DNA of 64,000 bases from Candidatus Doudnabacteria bacterium (GTDB lineage Bacteria; Patescibacteriota; Doudnabacteria; UBA920; 2-01-FULL-46-14): positions 213,504-277,503 of the forward strand of contig JBGQGB010000001.1 of assembly GCA_041497195.1 (NCBI GenBank), given 5' to 3'. Numbering within the stretch: the first letter of the stretch is position 1; every line of letters starts with the position of its first letter. Under the pieces are notes generated by a model that was given only the letters and a program-made list of their open reading frames with translations, made no database searches and was not told the DNA's origin. This document shows positions 17,814 to 27,922 of the stretch, one piece after another. The translations under genes were made by a program, and so were the position numbers.

Positions 17814-19193
17814 ATGTTGTTAAATCGCTTCAAAAAAATTTTCCTCTTCGTCGGAGATTTGGCAGTTTTGTACTCATCTTTGTATCTCACCCTGCTGATC
17901 CGTTTCCGTGCATTCCCGACCCTCCAGACCTGGAACGTCCACTTCAGGCCTTTCACCATCTTGTTTGTGGTGTGGGTTCTGGTTTTCTACATCGACGGAC
18001 TTTACGAAATCGCGACGAGTAAAAACGACGTCGAATTTTATAATAAAATCCTGCGAAATCTTCTGATAAACTATGGGCTGGCGGCCGCATATTTTTATCT
18101 CTTGACTAATAAGCTCTTTTCCATTAAGCCACAAACCGTATTTTTTATATTCATGGGCGTAGTGGCCGTATTATTTTTCCTGTGGCGATATTGGTATAAC
18201 GAACTGGTCCAAAGTCCTACCTTGTCACGCAACGTGCTCGTCATCGGGATGAAAGACGAGGCACGCGAGCTGATCGAGGAAATTATCAAAAAACCACAAC
18301 TTGGTTACCGTATTAGCGCTATCATTCACGATGGCTATCGAAAGGATTACGATTTTCCGAACGTGAAAATTTTTGGCAGTTCAGTGAGCCTAAAAAAATT
18401 GCTTCGAGAAGAAAAAATCAGCACTGTGGTGACTGCATTTGATCCCCACGCCAATCAGGCTCTCGTGCAGAATCTCTTTGAGAGTTTAGCCCTCAAACTT
18501 CAATTTTCTGATTTACCAACCTTTTACGAAAAGCTTACTGGCAAAATACCTGTCACCACGATTGGACATATCTGGTTTTTGGAAAATCTGGCGGAGAGCG
18601 AAAAAGATGTATATGATTCGATCAAGCGAGGATTAGATATTATCTTCGCCGTACTCGGCTTGATTATTTCCGTCCCTCTGATTCCGTTCATCAGCTTGGC
18701 AATCAAACTAAACGGCCATGGCACTTTACTGTTCAGACAAACTCGCGTCGGTCTTTTAGGCAAACATTTCGTGGCCACAAAATTTCGGAGCATGATTGTC
18801 GGTGCGGAAAAAGAGGGCGAACCGCAGTGGGCAAAAAAAAATGACCCGCGGGTGACAAATGTCGGCAAATTTCTCAGGAAAACCCGCATGGATGAAATTC
18901 CACAACTTTTCAACGTGTTGCGCGGAGAGATGTCTTTCATCGGACCACGACCGGAGCGCCCCGAGTTCGTGAAAAATTTACAAAGCATGATTCCTTTCTA
19001 TAACGAACGCCACTTGGTAAAACCCGGGCTGACGGGTTGGGCACAAATCAACTTCCAGTATGGCGCTTCAACCGGGGACGCTTTGAAAAAACTCCAATAT
19101 GATCTCTTTTACATCAAAAACCGATCCCTTGCTCTGGATGTCGGCGTGATGTTGAAAACGATCAATATCATTCTGACTGGGCGCGGACAATAA
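17814..19193 (+). CDS. polyprenyl-phosphate sugar-1-phosphate transferase (WbaP/bacterial sugar transferase family), the initiating enzyme
   Basis: C-terminal signature FRQTRVG..FVATKFRSM..DPRVTNVGKFLRKTRMDEIPQLFNVLRGEMSFIGPRPERPEF, with 4-5 N-terminal TM helices. Confidence 0.85.
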   Translation: MLLNRFKKIFLFVGDLAVLYSSLYLTLLIRFRAFPTLQTWNVHFRPFTILFVVWVLVFYIDGLYEIATSKNDVEFYNKILRNLLINYGLAAAYFYLLTNKLFSIKPQTVFFIFMGVVAVLFFLWRYWYNELVQSPTLSRNVLVIGMKDEARELIEEIIKKPQLGYRISAIIHDGYRKDYDFPNVKIFGSSVSLKKLLREEKISTVVTAFDPHANQALVQNLFESLALKLQFSDLPTFYEKLTGKIPVTTIGHIWFLENLAESEKDVYDSIKRGLDIIFAVLGLIISVPLIPFISLAIKLNGHGTLLFRQTRVGLLGKHFVATKFRSMIVGAEKEGEPQWAKKNDPRVTNVGKFLRKTRMDEIPQLFNVLRGEMSFIGPRPERPEFVKNLQSMIPFYNERHLVKPGLTGWAQINFQYGASTGDALKKLQYDLFYIKNRSLALDVGVMLKTINIILTGRGQ

Positions 19194-19199
19194 TAGAAT

Positions 19200-19562
19200 T
19201 TAGCGGGCGATGAGCACTAAACCGAAAATGACCAAAACGACGCCGGCGAATTGCATCAGACTGATTGTCTCGCGCAAAAACAACCAAGAAAAAAATAGCA
19301 CCAAAATGTAGTTCAAACTGGTAAAAGGTATCGCGACACTTAATTTCAGCTTGGACAGAACCAAGAGCCAGAACATAAAACCAAAACCGAGGCTCACCAA
19401 CCCCAGAAATAAATAGAGATTTGTGAAAACTTTCGGAATGAGGTCCAAAAAATTCCGCAGGGAAAACTCCACTACCCCAATTTTGGTCATGCCCAATTTG
19501 ATGAGCACTTGGGCCGCAACTGTCAGAATAATGCTGACGAACAACAATACGTAAGTTATCAT
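19200..19562 (-). CDS. small 4-TM membrane protein (SMR/EamA-like; ArnE/ArnF-type flippase candidate)
   Basis: 120 aa with four hydrophobic helices, sited in the glycan cluster. Confidence 0.4.
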   Translation of the reverse strand: MITYVLLFVSIILTVAAQVLIKLGMTKIGVVEFSLRNFLDLIPKVFTNLYLFLGLVSLGFGFMFWLLVLSKLKLSVAIPFTSLNYILVLFFSWLFLRETISLMQFAGVVLVIFGLVLIAR

Positions 19563-21589
19563 AATTGGTTTATTTGATTTAAAACGTAAATATCTACGGT
19601 TTGAAGCGAGCGTTGCAAATGATAAGAACTCTGAATGCCCCGGAGAAAATATTCGACCTGGTCATTGCGGTAAGCATCGCGGCCAACTAGCACTACAGGC
19701 AATCGGTTTTGCCGAACCTGACGAATGTATTTATCCATTTCGGACTGGAAATATATCGTGAAGGTATAATAAAAATCAAAATAATTCGCTTTGTCTGCAT
19801 ATATTAGAAATTTCGTGTCGTTCTTGGACATGATCGGGATGCGCTCGGTAGCGAAATTTTGGGAGACAAATTTGGCATCCTGATAAGTGCTCTGATCCTC
19901 CGGCCGCACTCCCAACAAATTCTGTCGCATTGTCGCATATTGTCTGACGGAGAATTCTACTGGCAGTTTAAAACAAAATAGCAATAAAGCATACACCAGT
20001 AATCCGAAAAACGCCCCGCTAATCAGCTTGCCGGAATCGCTCGGCCCCTCCCGGTCCTGAACATATTTAAAAGCGTAAAACACAATCAGGATGAACGGCA
20101 CCGTTACGACATAGAGTAGCTGCCACGTGGACTCTCCAACATAATAAATCAGCGAAGTCGCGCCAAAAGCTCCCAAAAAGAACAAGGGCATGTCAATCAT
20201 TGGTTCTTTTTTCCAGAGGCGGTAAACCGCGACTAGCAAAACAACTAGGTAAGAAAAATAAAAAAGCTCGTACAAACCAATAGGCGGCAATGGATACATT
20301 CCCGCGCCCTGAGTAAAGTACTTCGTTTCTTTGAGAAAAAGGTGCCAGTCTGGCCACCCGCCATAAATGCCATGATTAATGAGATTGATTGCGGCAAACA
20401 GACCCACCGCGTAAAGTCCGTAGAACAGGATGATTTTCAATACTCTCTTGAGATCCCAATTATGTGCCAACTCGCGATAGATGAGGGTCGCCACAGTCGC
20501 CACAGTCAGATATAATCCAGAATCAAAATTCCAAAATATGGCGACAGCAGATAGCGCCAAAGCCACGTGCATAAATTTTGGCTTTAGCGTTTTGGAATAT
20601 TGATAAATTGCCAATAAAGTCGGCAAATAGAGCCCCCACCGAAACGGGCTCATCCCGGGAAAAAACAAGACCGATCTTGAAAAACTGTTTTGAAAAAAAT
20701 AAAGGATAGAAACAATCGTCGCAGTCGCCAAGCTAGCGAGAGTGTAGGATTTTAGCCAAAGCCGGGCAAACAAAAAAATTCCGATAAAAAGCAAAAAATA
20801 ACACACAGTAATTATGAGGGCCAGCATCGGGTAAGTCATGGGAATAAGCTTAAACACCCCGGCCAGCAAGTATACGTCGAGCAATCCATATAGATGCGAA
20901 GACTCATATAACATGGCCTTACCGTGGTAGACGTCGTTCACTGCTCCAAGGTAATAATTGAAATGGTGGGTATCAAGCGGAAAACTTGGGTTAAAAATCA
21001 AGATTCCGAGGATAATAACCAAAACTGGCCAAAATCTTCGAAAAAATTTCTCCGTACGCTCGTGCGAATAAAATTTAGTATTGTATTTGCCCAGAAAATA
21101 AAAACCAGCCACAAACAAACCGCTCAAAAGCAAAACTGCGTGGGCGACTAGAATCCGCTTTGTCGTAAGCAACCACAAAATATGCCAGATCCCTTTTTTT
21201 TCCACAAGACTCAACAAAGCCCCCAGCTTAATGAGGCTCGAAAGTTTCTTTAGAACAACTGCTCCAGCGCCAAGCAAGGCAATCAAGGATAAACCGATTA
21301 GATGTTTTTTTCTGATTCGCGAAACGAGCGGCACCAATACTAAAGCTAAAGTTGGAACCACCAAATAACTCAGGACATAGAGCGGGGCCTCAAACGGCTC
21401 AGCTTGCATAAATGTCGGGCCAAAGCTGAGGAAAAGACCGACCGGCCTTCCATCAATGCCCATGTAATGATAAAGCCAATTCTGGAAATACCGGGCTGAC
21501 AAAAAATAAATGATTGTGCCGGTTCCGAGGGCCAGGAAATACTGTTTCTTGTTGCTCAGCACTGAATCCAAGCTCATTTCAATTCGCAA
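19559..21589 (-). CDS. large polytopic membrane protein (676 aa), GT-C-like candidate; paralog of 34681-36711
   Basis: At least 12 TM helices. Shares blocks with the second copy (PFExPLYxLSY, LYE..YG.L..YL.A, FWN.D.G.Y, YYVG.S.W). Confidence 0.45.
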   Translation of the reverse strand: MRIEMSLDSVLSNKKQYFLALGTGTIIYFLSARYFQNWLYHYMGIDGRPVGLFLSFGPTFMQAEPFEAPLYVLSYLVVPTLALVLVPLVSRIRKKHLIGLSLIALLGAGAVVLKKLSSLIKLGALLSLVEKKGIWHILWLLTTKRILVAHAVLLLSGLFVAGFYFLGKYNTKFYSHERTEKFFRRFWPVLVIILGILIFNPSFPLDTHHFNYYLGAVNDVYHGKAMLYESSHLYGLLDVYLLAGVFKLIPMTYPMLALIITVCYFLLFIGIFLFARLWLKSYTLASLATATIVSILYFFQNSFSRSVLFFPGMSPFRWGLYLPTLLAIYQYSKTLKPKFMHVALALSAVAIFWNFDSGLYLTVATVATLIYRELAHNWDLKRVLKIILFYGLYAVGLFAAINLINHGIYGGWPDWHLFLKETKYFTQGAGMYPLPPIGLYELFYFSYLVVLLVAVYRLWKKEPMIDMPLFFLGAFGATSLIYYVGESTWQLLYVVTVPFILIVFYAFKYVQDREGPSDSGKLISGAFFGLLVYALLLFCFKLPVEFSVRQYATMRQNLLGVRPEDQSTYQDAKFVSQNFATERIPIMSKNDTKFLIYADKANYFDFYYTFTIYFQSEMDKYIRQVRQNRLPVVLVGRDAYRNDQVEYFLRGIQSSYHLQRSLQTVDIYVLNQINQL

Positions 21590-21614
21590 ATATTAAGTAG
21601 GTAATCTAGGAATT

Positions 21615-22769
21615 TTATACGTCGATTGAAAAATCCTTTTGAAAGCGCAAACGGCCTTGCCGTCCGAATTCTCTGGCCAACTTCTTATCTCGAATCAGGG
21701 CGGCAATCGCGGCTGTAAACTCTTCTGTCTGCAAGGGATCCCGAATAAAACCTGTCTTCCCATCTTCCACCATTTCTCCGCTTCCCCCGAATATAGTGGC
21801 TACCACCGGACGCGCCGCCCGCATCGCTTCTAAAACCACGGTCGGCAGTGAATCAAAGCAAATTGAGGGAACAATCACCACACCGCAATCACGCATGGCC
21901 TCCTGATAACGAGTTTCATCCAACCAGCCGGTAAAGTTTAGTAAATTTTCCACGCCCAGACGGCGCGCCAAATCAAACATTTTTTCGGTTATCGGCCCCT
22001 GAGCTCCAACTATTCGCAACTTAACTTCAAGTTTATATTTTTCACGTAGTTTATGCAAATATTTTACCGCTTCCAATGCGCCTTTTGATGAAAAAAGTCT
22101 GCCCCCGAAAAAAATCGTGTCGTCAAAAATTTCGCTCGGCGCTTGCTTGAGGTCTGGGATTTTATTGTGCACAACTTTGTCAATCTCGATACCATTAGCG
22201 TTCAAAAAACTCGCCAGAGCTTGGCTTACGGCATAACGGACAGTGGCCAATCGCAAAAATCTGCGTATGAAAAAGTTGCGGAATGGATTGAAAGCAAACT
22301 TTGCTTGTTGCAGATGCCGCCACCAAGAATAGCGATACTGAAACCTGTAGCCATCGACCGAAGCACTATAAGGAATATTGCAGAATTTTACATACGGCGT
22401 AACGGAAACGACGTCGTGCAAAGTTATCACTGACTTGATGCCGCGACTCCTTAAAATGCGTAAACAATAATATGACCAGTTAGTGTGGATATTGTGAAGG
22501 TAGACTTCCTGCGGACGGAATCTGTTTAGCTCTTTCTGCAAAATTTTGATTGCGCGCGGGTGGTACAGTCCCAGATAGTTTCTCCACCGAGGATGATAAT
22601 CCAAATTATAAGTTCGGATCTGATACTCGGCCGGATTAAAACCAGCGGGGCTGTGGGCGGCAAGAACCAGGGCTTCATGCCCATGAGCCAAATGCTGGGC
22701 CTCTATCATAGCAATCGTGCCCGCTCCCCCGCCTGTGCCAAAATGGTCAGTCAAAATCAAAATTTTCAT
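21615..22769 (-). CDS. glycosyltransferase family 4
   Basis: Retaining GT-B layout, with a C-terminal ...FGGSGEMVEDGKTGF... (EX7E-like) motif. Confidence 0.7.
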   Translation of the reverse strand: MKILILTDHFGTGGGAGTIAMIEAQHLAHGHEALVLAAHSPAGFNPAEYQIRTYNLDYHPRWRNYLGLYHPRAIKILQKELNRFRPQEVYLHNIHTNWSYYCLRILRSRGIKSVITLHDVVSVTPYVKFCNIPYSASVDGYRFQYRYSWWRHLQQAKFAFNPFRNFFIRRFLRLATVRYAVSQALASFLNANGIEIDKVVHNKIPDLKQAPSEIFDDTIFFGGRLFSSKGALEAVKYLHKLREKYKLEVKLRIVGAQGPITEKMFDLARRLGVENLLNFTGWLDETRYQEAMRDCGVVIVPSICFDSLPTVVLEAMRAARPVVATIFGGSGEMVEDGKTGFIRDPLQTEEFTAAIAALIRDKKLAREFGRQGRLRFQKDFSIDV

Positions 22770-23452
22770 TTAGGTGATTTTTGAGAAGCTTCCTTGCGAC
22801 CTAAAAAATACATGCCGCCGGCAACCTTGGAAACATCCGGACGGCTTAGCAAAAAATAATCCAAATATTTCAGCGGAGCAACTAAAATTTTCATAGAATT
22901 TTTGAAGACAAATTTAAAAAAAGCACTTTTGGGCCAAAGCTGAGCGTACTCGACTAAGATCCAGGCGATCCCCGAACCTGGTCCATTGGTAATCCCTGTT
23001 TGCAGCTCTTTGAAATTCCGACACAGCAATCTCATTCCGCTGAGAGTCCAGCGCTGGTAATCTCCAGGCGCTTCATGATAGGGCTGTAAAAAGGGAAATT
23101 CAATATAAAGCTCCCCGCCAACTTTGAGCACGCGCCACGCTTCGTTAATTATTACTTGCGGCTCTTTCACATGTTCCAAAAGTCCACCATTGAATACGAC
23201 GTCTACGCTCTCGTCCAGAAAGGGCAAATTCTCCCCAAAAGCCTTGATAGTGTTTGGACCCCCTCGATAGGGATCAACATTTACAGCTCCCGGAACAGGA
23301 TCATAACCTCCGGATCCCACGTTGATAATTTTTTTCCCTTGTAAATTTTTATATCTTGCCAAAACTCTAGAATAATTATTGGTTGGATAGAAAATTCCGC
23401 CACGATAAAAAGACTTTCCTAACGTCTTTTTTATTTGCAAGAACATGTTCAC
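22766..23452 (-). CDS. class I SAM-dependent methyltransferase
   Basis: KIINVGSGG glycine-rich motif and an LKVGGELYIEF region. Shares an ATGA overlap with the upstream GT4. Confidence 0.6.
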   Translation of the reverse strand: MNMFLQIKKTLGKSFYRGGIFYPTNNYSRVLARYKNLQGKKIINVGSGGYDPVPGAVNVDPYRGGPNTIKAFGENLPFLDESVDVVFNGGLLEHVKEPQVIINEAWRVLKVGGELYIEFPFLQPYHEAPGDYQRWTLSGMRLLCRNFKELQTGITNGPGSGIAWILVEYAQLWPKSAFFKFVFKNSMKILVAPLKYLDYFLLSRPDVSKVAGGMYFLGRKEASQKSPK

Positions 23453-23459
23453 AAATTTA

Positions 23460-24218
23460 TCACTTTATCCCACAGGCTAAAATTTCAGTGAATAGATCAC
23501 GCTTAGTCGGCGGATCATATTCAATCATGAACGGATTCCATCCGAATAAAAAATAGAAAAAATTGACAAGCCAGGTCCCAAAATGCCTGTTACCAAAATT
23601 ACGAAATGTGTAACTATACAACCCATACCAAAAAATATGGTGAGTCAATTTGAGCTGAACCGCACTAAAATATTCTGCCATAATTTTTTCCAGTTCTTTC
23701 GGAAAAAACTCTCGGACATGATTCGAATCAGCAGGAATTTCTGAAAGCCGATGTGGAGTACTCAAAACCAATTTCCCTCCTGCACGCAAAACCCGCCTCG
23801 CTTCCATAAGCATTTTTTCCGGATACTGTAAATGCTCGATCACTTCGCAGCTAACCACCAAATCAAAGCTTTCTTCGGGAAAGGGCAATTCGTAAGCCGA
23901 GCCAAGGACAAAATCGTAACGAAGATTGTGTTTTCTATCTTGCGAAGCCAAATTTTCCTGTGCGAATTTAATTCCCAATTCTTCATTGTCGACGCCGGTA
24001 ATAATCGCCCCTTGTTCGGCCAAGAGAAAAGTCAGCGCCCCGTCCCCGCAACCCAGATCCAATATTTTCTTGCCCCGAATATCCCCGGCTATTTTGACGA
24101 TCCAATCATAACGAGCCTGCTGAAAAGCGTTAAATTTTCTAATGTCCCGACTGACCATCTCGCGCCAATGGATGCTGCCCCGGTCTTGGTACTTATTAAA
24201 TACTTTCTCTTCGGTCAT
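23460..24218 (-). CDS. class I SAM-dependent methyltransferase
   Basis: ILDLGCGDGALT and LRAGGKLVLSTP. The start is taken at MTEEK to limit overlap with the wzx gene. Confidence 0.65.
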   Translation of the reverse strand: MTEEKVFNKYQDRGSIHWREMVSRDIRKFNAFQQARYDWIVKIAGDIRGKKILDLGCGDGALTFLLAEQGAIITGVDNEELGIKFAQENLASQDRKHNLRYDFVLGSAYELPFPEESFDLVVSCEVIEHLQYPEKMLMEARRVLRAGGKLVLSTPHRLSEIPADSNHVREFFPKELEKIMAEYFSAVQLKLTHHIFWYGLYSYTFRNFGNRHFGTWLVNFFYFLFGWNPFMIEYDPPTKRDLFTEILACGIK

Positions 24219-25539
24219 TTTTTTGCGCAAAGAAAAATAAATATAAATAAGACAAAAAATTCGGCAGAAACGCAAAAATCAGAGTCGTCGCTATCAATCC
24301 TTTAATATGATGAAACCGAATTAGGTAATAAGAAGTGGGGATGAGGCACGTTAAATTGATGAACTGAATCGCAACCAAGACTCGCATTTTGTTCAGAGTT
24401 CGAAATAGCGGCGCAATGCCCACGTCCGCGGCAATGATTGCTGGATACAAAGCCAAACCGTAAATCAAGCGGATACTCGGTTTGTATTGCGGAAAAATCA
24501 GTTCAATGACCGGACTGGCTAACAAGACCATTAGGAGGATGATCGCTAGCATAACGGCTAAGGATACCAAACTGACTTGCCAAAACCGACGAAACAACTT
24601 CTGCGGACCCGCCGTTTGCGTAAAAGAAAATTGCACGTCCAAAAGTCTGGTTACTGGATCCAAAAGCAAAAGCGGCAAGGATACATAGGCCAAAGCAATC
24701 TTGTAAAATCCAATCCCTGAATCAGTTGCCATAAAATACCCCGTAAACAACAGCGGGACCGTACCTACAAATTTGATCAAATTTTTTCCCACCGCAATCT
24801 CCATGGAAAATCGGAAAAATTGCTTGAATTTTTTCCAGGAAAGTCGCTGGCGGAAAAATTCGCCCATCTTCGGGACCAATGGCTCGACTTTTACCAGCTG
24901 CTGATAAACTATAATGCCCACGATGCTAATGATTATGGTGGCAACAAGCTGGCCGATAACAATTCCGAAAACTTTGAGCCCCAGCAAAACCAAGCCCAAT
25001 GGGACGAGCGCCATCAAAATTTTGTTGCTGGATTCCAAAATCGCCAGTGATTTCATTTTCCGCCAGACCTGAAGAACAATCGCAGCCAAAGGGTAAAAAA
25101 AGGTCAGGGCCGTGATTGCCACGACAATTGCCGCCAACTCCCCTAAATACCGATCATGATAAAATTTGTCTCCTAAATACGGGGCCAACAGAAAACCCGC
25201 AAGACCGGTAGTGAAGAGACCGATGATTGAAACTAACCCAAAAAAATTCAAAACCTGGTTAGTTTCTGCAAAATCGTTCTGACTTCGAGCCCTGGCCAAA
25301 AGGTTGATAGCTGCCTGACCAATCCCAAAGTCTTGAAAGATATTGATCGTTCCACCCAAGGCAAATACTAAACCGTAAAAACCATACTGTTCCGGCCCCA
25401 GGATCCGGGCAAAAATTAAAGACGCCAATACCGCGACAGCCCGGGCGAGGATTGAAGAAGTCTGCAAAACCGCGACGTCTTTTGTAAACGGATGGGAGAC
25501 CCACTTCAAAATTTTTTCTTTCAGACTAGGCAGATTCAT
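24196..25539 (-). CDS. wzx: oligosaccharide/polysaccharide flippase (Wzx, MOP superfamily)
   Basis: 447 aa, about 12 TM helices, polysacc_synt-type topology. Confidence 0.65.
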   Translation of the reverse strand: MNLPSLKEKILKWVSHPFTKDVAVLQTSSILARAVAVLASLIFARILGPEQYGFYGLVFALGGTINIFQDFGIGQAAINLLARARSQNDFAETNQVLNFFGLVSIIGLFTTGLAGFLLAPYLGDKFYHDRYLGELAAIVVAITALTFFYPLAAIVLQVWRKMKSLAILESSNKILMALVPLGLVLLGLKVFGIVIGQLVATIIISIVGIIVYQQLVKVEPLVPKMGEFFRQRLSWKKFKQFFRFSMEIAVGKNLIKFVGTVPLLFTGYFMATDSGIGFYKIALAYVSLPLLLLDPVTRLLDVQFSFTQTAGPQKLFRRFWQVSLVSLAVMLAIILLMVLLASPVIELIFPQYKPSIRLIYGLALYPAIIAADVGIAPLFRTLNKMRVLVAIQFINLTCLIPTSYYLIRFHHIKGLIATTLIFAFLPNFLSYLYLFFFAQKNDRRESI

Positions 25540-27920
25540 AGAGTATATTGAAAAACTATCCTGTGTTTCCCTGGCGGTATTGGTATGGCTTGATTGAGAT
25601 AATTGGCCCGGTAAACGGTCACGGAAATACCGTCAATGGTTGCGCGCCACCCAGGATAAAAATTCTGACCAAACAACATAATCCGCGACGTCTGGGCGCT
25701 CACCATAAATTCAAAATCACTGTTCGAACTTTTAAGCTCCGTGATATTCCCTTCCCCTGCTTGGTTCGTCGGGCACGGCTGATCGCATTCAACTAGCACT
25801 GCATCTCTTGTAGCGGCTTCCAAATTCTTCTGCCAAGACTGAGCTTCAGATAAAAGATTGTCAAAAACCACGTTATTAGCCAAATAATACCGCGGCTTGA
25901 CTTGTAAATTTTGATAGAGATACAGAGGAATCTCATACTTTGTGGCACGCCAGGTAAACACCTCCTTCAAAGTCGGATCAGTCAGCGGATAGGCACTGAC
26001 GACATATTTGACGTTATATTCCGACAGCAGGGGCAATCTCTCAAGAAACAACTTTATTTTATCGTCCAGAGAAAGCTTTTCGTCCACGAGAATGCCAGAA
26101 GTTTCCAGGGAGCGGTCGCTGCCTAAATAGGCTAGGAGCCGACTGTGGCGGCGATCCATGATGTTATCATAATAATCCAACGAATCCACCCCGTAATAAG
26201 GACCAAGATTGGGAACCAGCAGATTTTTTAATAATTCTACGTTCTGAACCGAATCATAACCGTACGGGGTATCAAGCTTGTCAAAAACGGTAAAACCGGA
26301 AAACAAAGTCAGTACTCGAAAATTGCTCTGGTCTCTTTTCAAATATTCTACCAGCGGAGGTGGAGTATTGAGCTGCTGTGCGCTGACAAAATTGAAACTG
26401 GCAAAATCAATTAAAACCAAATTCAAAAAAGTCAAACTAACAACGTAAAAAATAAAGCGGCGCTCTCCTAGACTCCGCCTAAAATAAAACAGTGTCGAGC
26501 CGAGTGCCAGCGAAATAACTGCTGCCGAAATCGGTATGTTCGGAAAAGTCGTCCCTGTTTTGATCTTCCCGACTAACTGCTCCACTACTTGATAATAGTG
26601 CTCTGTTGGTAAAGTCAGGCTGCCGCTCATGGCTCGATTTTGGATATAATGTGCGGCTTTGCTACTAGCTAGAAAACTAATTGTAGGAAAAATTATGGAC
26701 CAGGAGGCAAATATTCCGGCGATTGATAAAGTAATTACCATTAAAAACTTTGAAAGTTTCAAACCTAATGCGGGCTGTCGTAATAGAGTCTCAAACCCGT
26801 ATGCAGAAACGACGGTGGCAGCAAAAATTCCCACGTAAACTAGTCTTGATAAACCTCGAAAGGATTGAAACAAAGGTAAATGATGTATCACCCACATGAG
26901 GGGTGAATATTTTACCGACGCTGCTATCGATAAAACAGCAAGCCAGGCAAAAAATTTGTAAAATGCGCCTTTCGCTCCAAAAAAAGAAAAAATGACTAGG
27001 AGCGACGGCACGGCGCCCAGATAAAACAAGCCGGGCTGGGTGATGCCGACGGGCAGAGATAGATTGGGAAAAATCAAAGACAGTAAATCGCCTGGCAAAA
27101 CAGCGCCCAATTGTGCGTCTGCAAAACTCACCCCGCCTGCCCGCGAAGACAGCTGACTAGCTAGCAACGACGCGTGAAACTGCGGCCAAAATAAAACGGC
27201 CGCGATAGCCAAAGTAAACCCGGCAAATACAAGGGTTTGAAATTTAAAGAGGACGACGGTTCCCAGGTGTTTATTGTGGAAGTCCAAAAACAGCGCCCAA
27301 ACCCCTGCTGCAAAAAGGGCCTGCAGAGACCATTGAAAATGAGCGGCCAGCATGACTGTCCCGATGAGTCCTCCGGCAAATATAGCCATCAAGATAGATT
27401 TTTTGTAAGACTGGCTCGTGGAAAAATATAAAAAGAAAAAAAACAAAGCAGGCAACAATATGTCTCCCGAAGTCACCGTCATATTTGCGGACCAAACAAA
27501 GTACGCTGCCGTCCAGGGTAAAACGAGTCCGGCAAAAACGGCCACGACTTTTCTCAACCCAAGCCGCGATACCAATTCGAAAGTAAAAATCGAGATCAGC
27601 CAGACATTCACAAAAGTGACCCAAGAAAAAACGGCTAGCACTGAAAAATTTTTATAAAGCAACTGGTTGAGCCATGACAGCAACCCCCCCATCAACCCGG
27701 CGACGGGAACAAAACCAGTGAGAACATGCGGATTCCAAAAAATCGACTTTCCCGCCAGCAATGATTCACGCAAAAACTGTAAACTTGTATATTGCTGCAA
27801 AATGACGTCGCCGTCGGCAAAAATTTGTTTGGCAAACAAAATCGGAAAAAAAATAACAAGCCCGGGCAGGGCGAGTATTGAATAAATGGTTAATTTGCGA
27901 AATATAGTCCTAAAATTCAT
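25536..27920 (-). CDS. YfhO-like GT-C membrane glycosyltransferase candidate (794 aa)
   Basis: N-terminal FAKQIFADGDVILQQYTSLQFLRESLLAGKSIFWNPHVLTGFP is typical of the YfhO family. Many TM helices and a C-terminal soluble domain. Confidence 0.5.
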   Translation of the reverse strand: MNFRTIFRKLTIYSILALPGLVIFFPILFAKQIFADGDVILQQYTSLQFLRESLLAGKSIFWNPHVLTGFVPVAGLMGGLLSWLNQLLYKNFSVLAVFSWVTFVNVWLISIFTFELVSRLGLRKVVAVFAGLVLPWTAAYFVWSANMTVTSGDILLPALFFFFLYFSTSQSYKKSILMAIFAGGLIGTVMLAAHFQWSLQALFAAGVWALFLDFHNKHLGTVVLFKFQTLVFAGFTLAIAAVLFWPQFHASLLASQLSSRAGGVSFADAQLGAVLPGDLLSLIFPNLSLPVGITQPGLFYLGAVPSLLVIFSFFGAKGAFYKFFAWLAVLSIAASVKYSPLMWVIHHLPLFQSFRGLSRLVYVGIFAATVVSAYGFETLLRQPALGLKLSKFLMVITLSIAGIFASWSIIFPTISFLASSKAAHYIQNRAMSGSLTLPTEHYYQVVEQLVGKIKTGTTFPNIPISAAVISLALGSTLFYFRRSLGERRFIFYVVSLTFLNLVLIDFASFNFVSAQQLNTPPPLVEYLKRDQSNFRVLTLFSGFTVFDKLDTPYGYDSVQNVELLKNLLVPNLGPYYGVDSLDYYDNIMDRRHSRLLAYLGSDRSLETSGILVDEKLSLDDKIKLFLERLPLLSEYNVKYVVSAYPLTDPTLKEVFTWRATKYEIPLYLYQNLQVKPRYYLANNVVFDNLLSEAQSWQKNLEAATRDAVLVECDQPCPTNQAGEGNITELKSSNSDFEFMVSAQTSRIMLFGQNFYPGWRATIDGISVTVYRANYLNQAIPIPPGKHRIVFQYTL

Positions 27921-27922
27921 AC

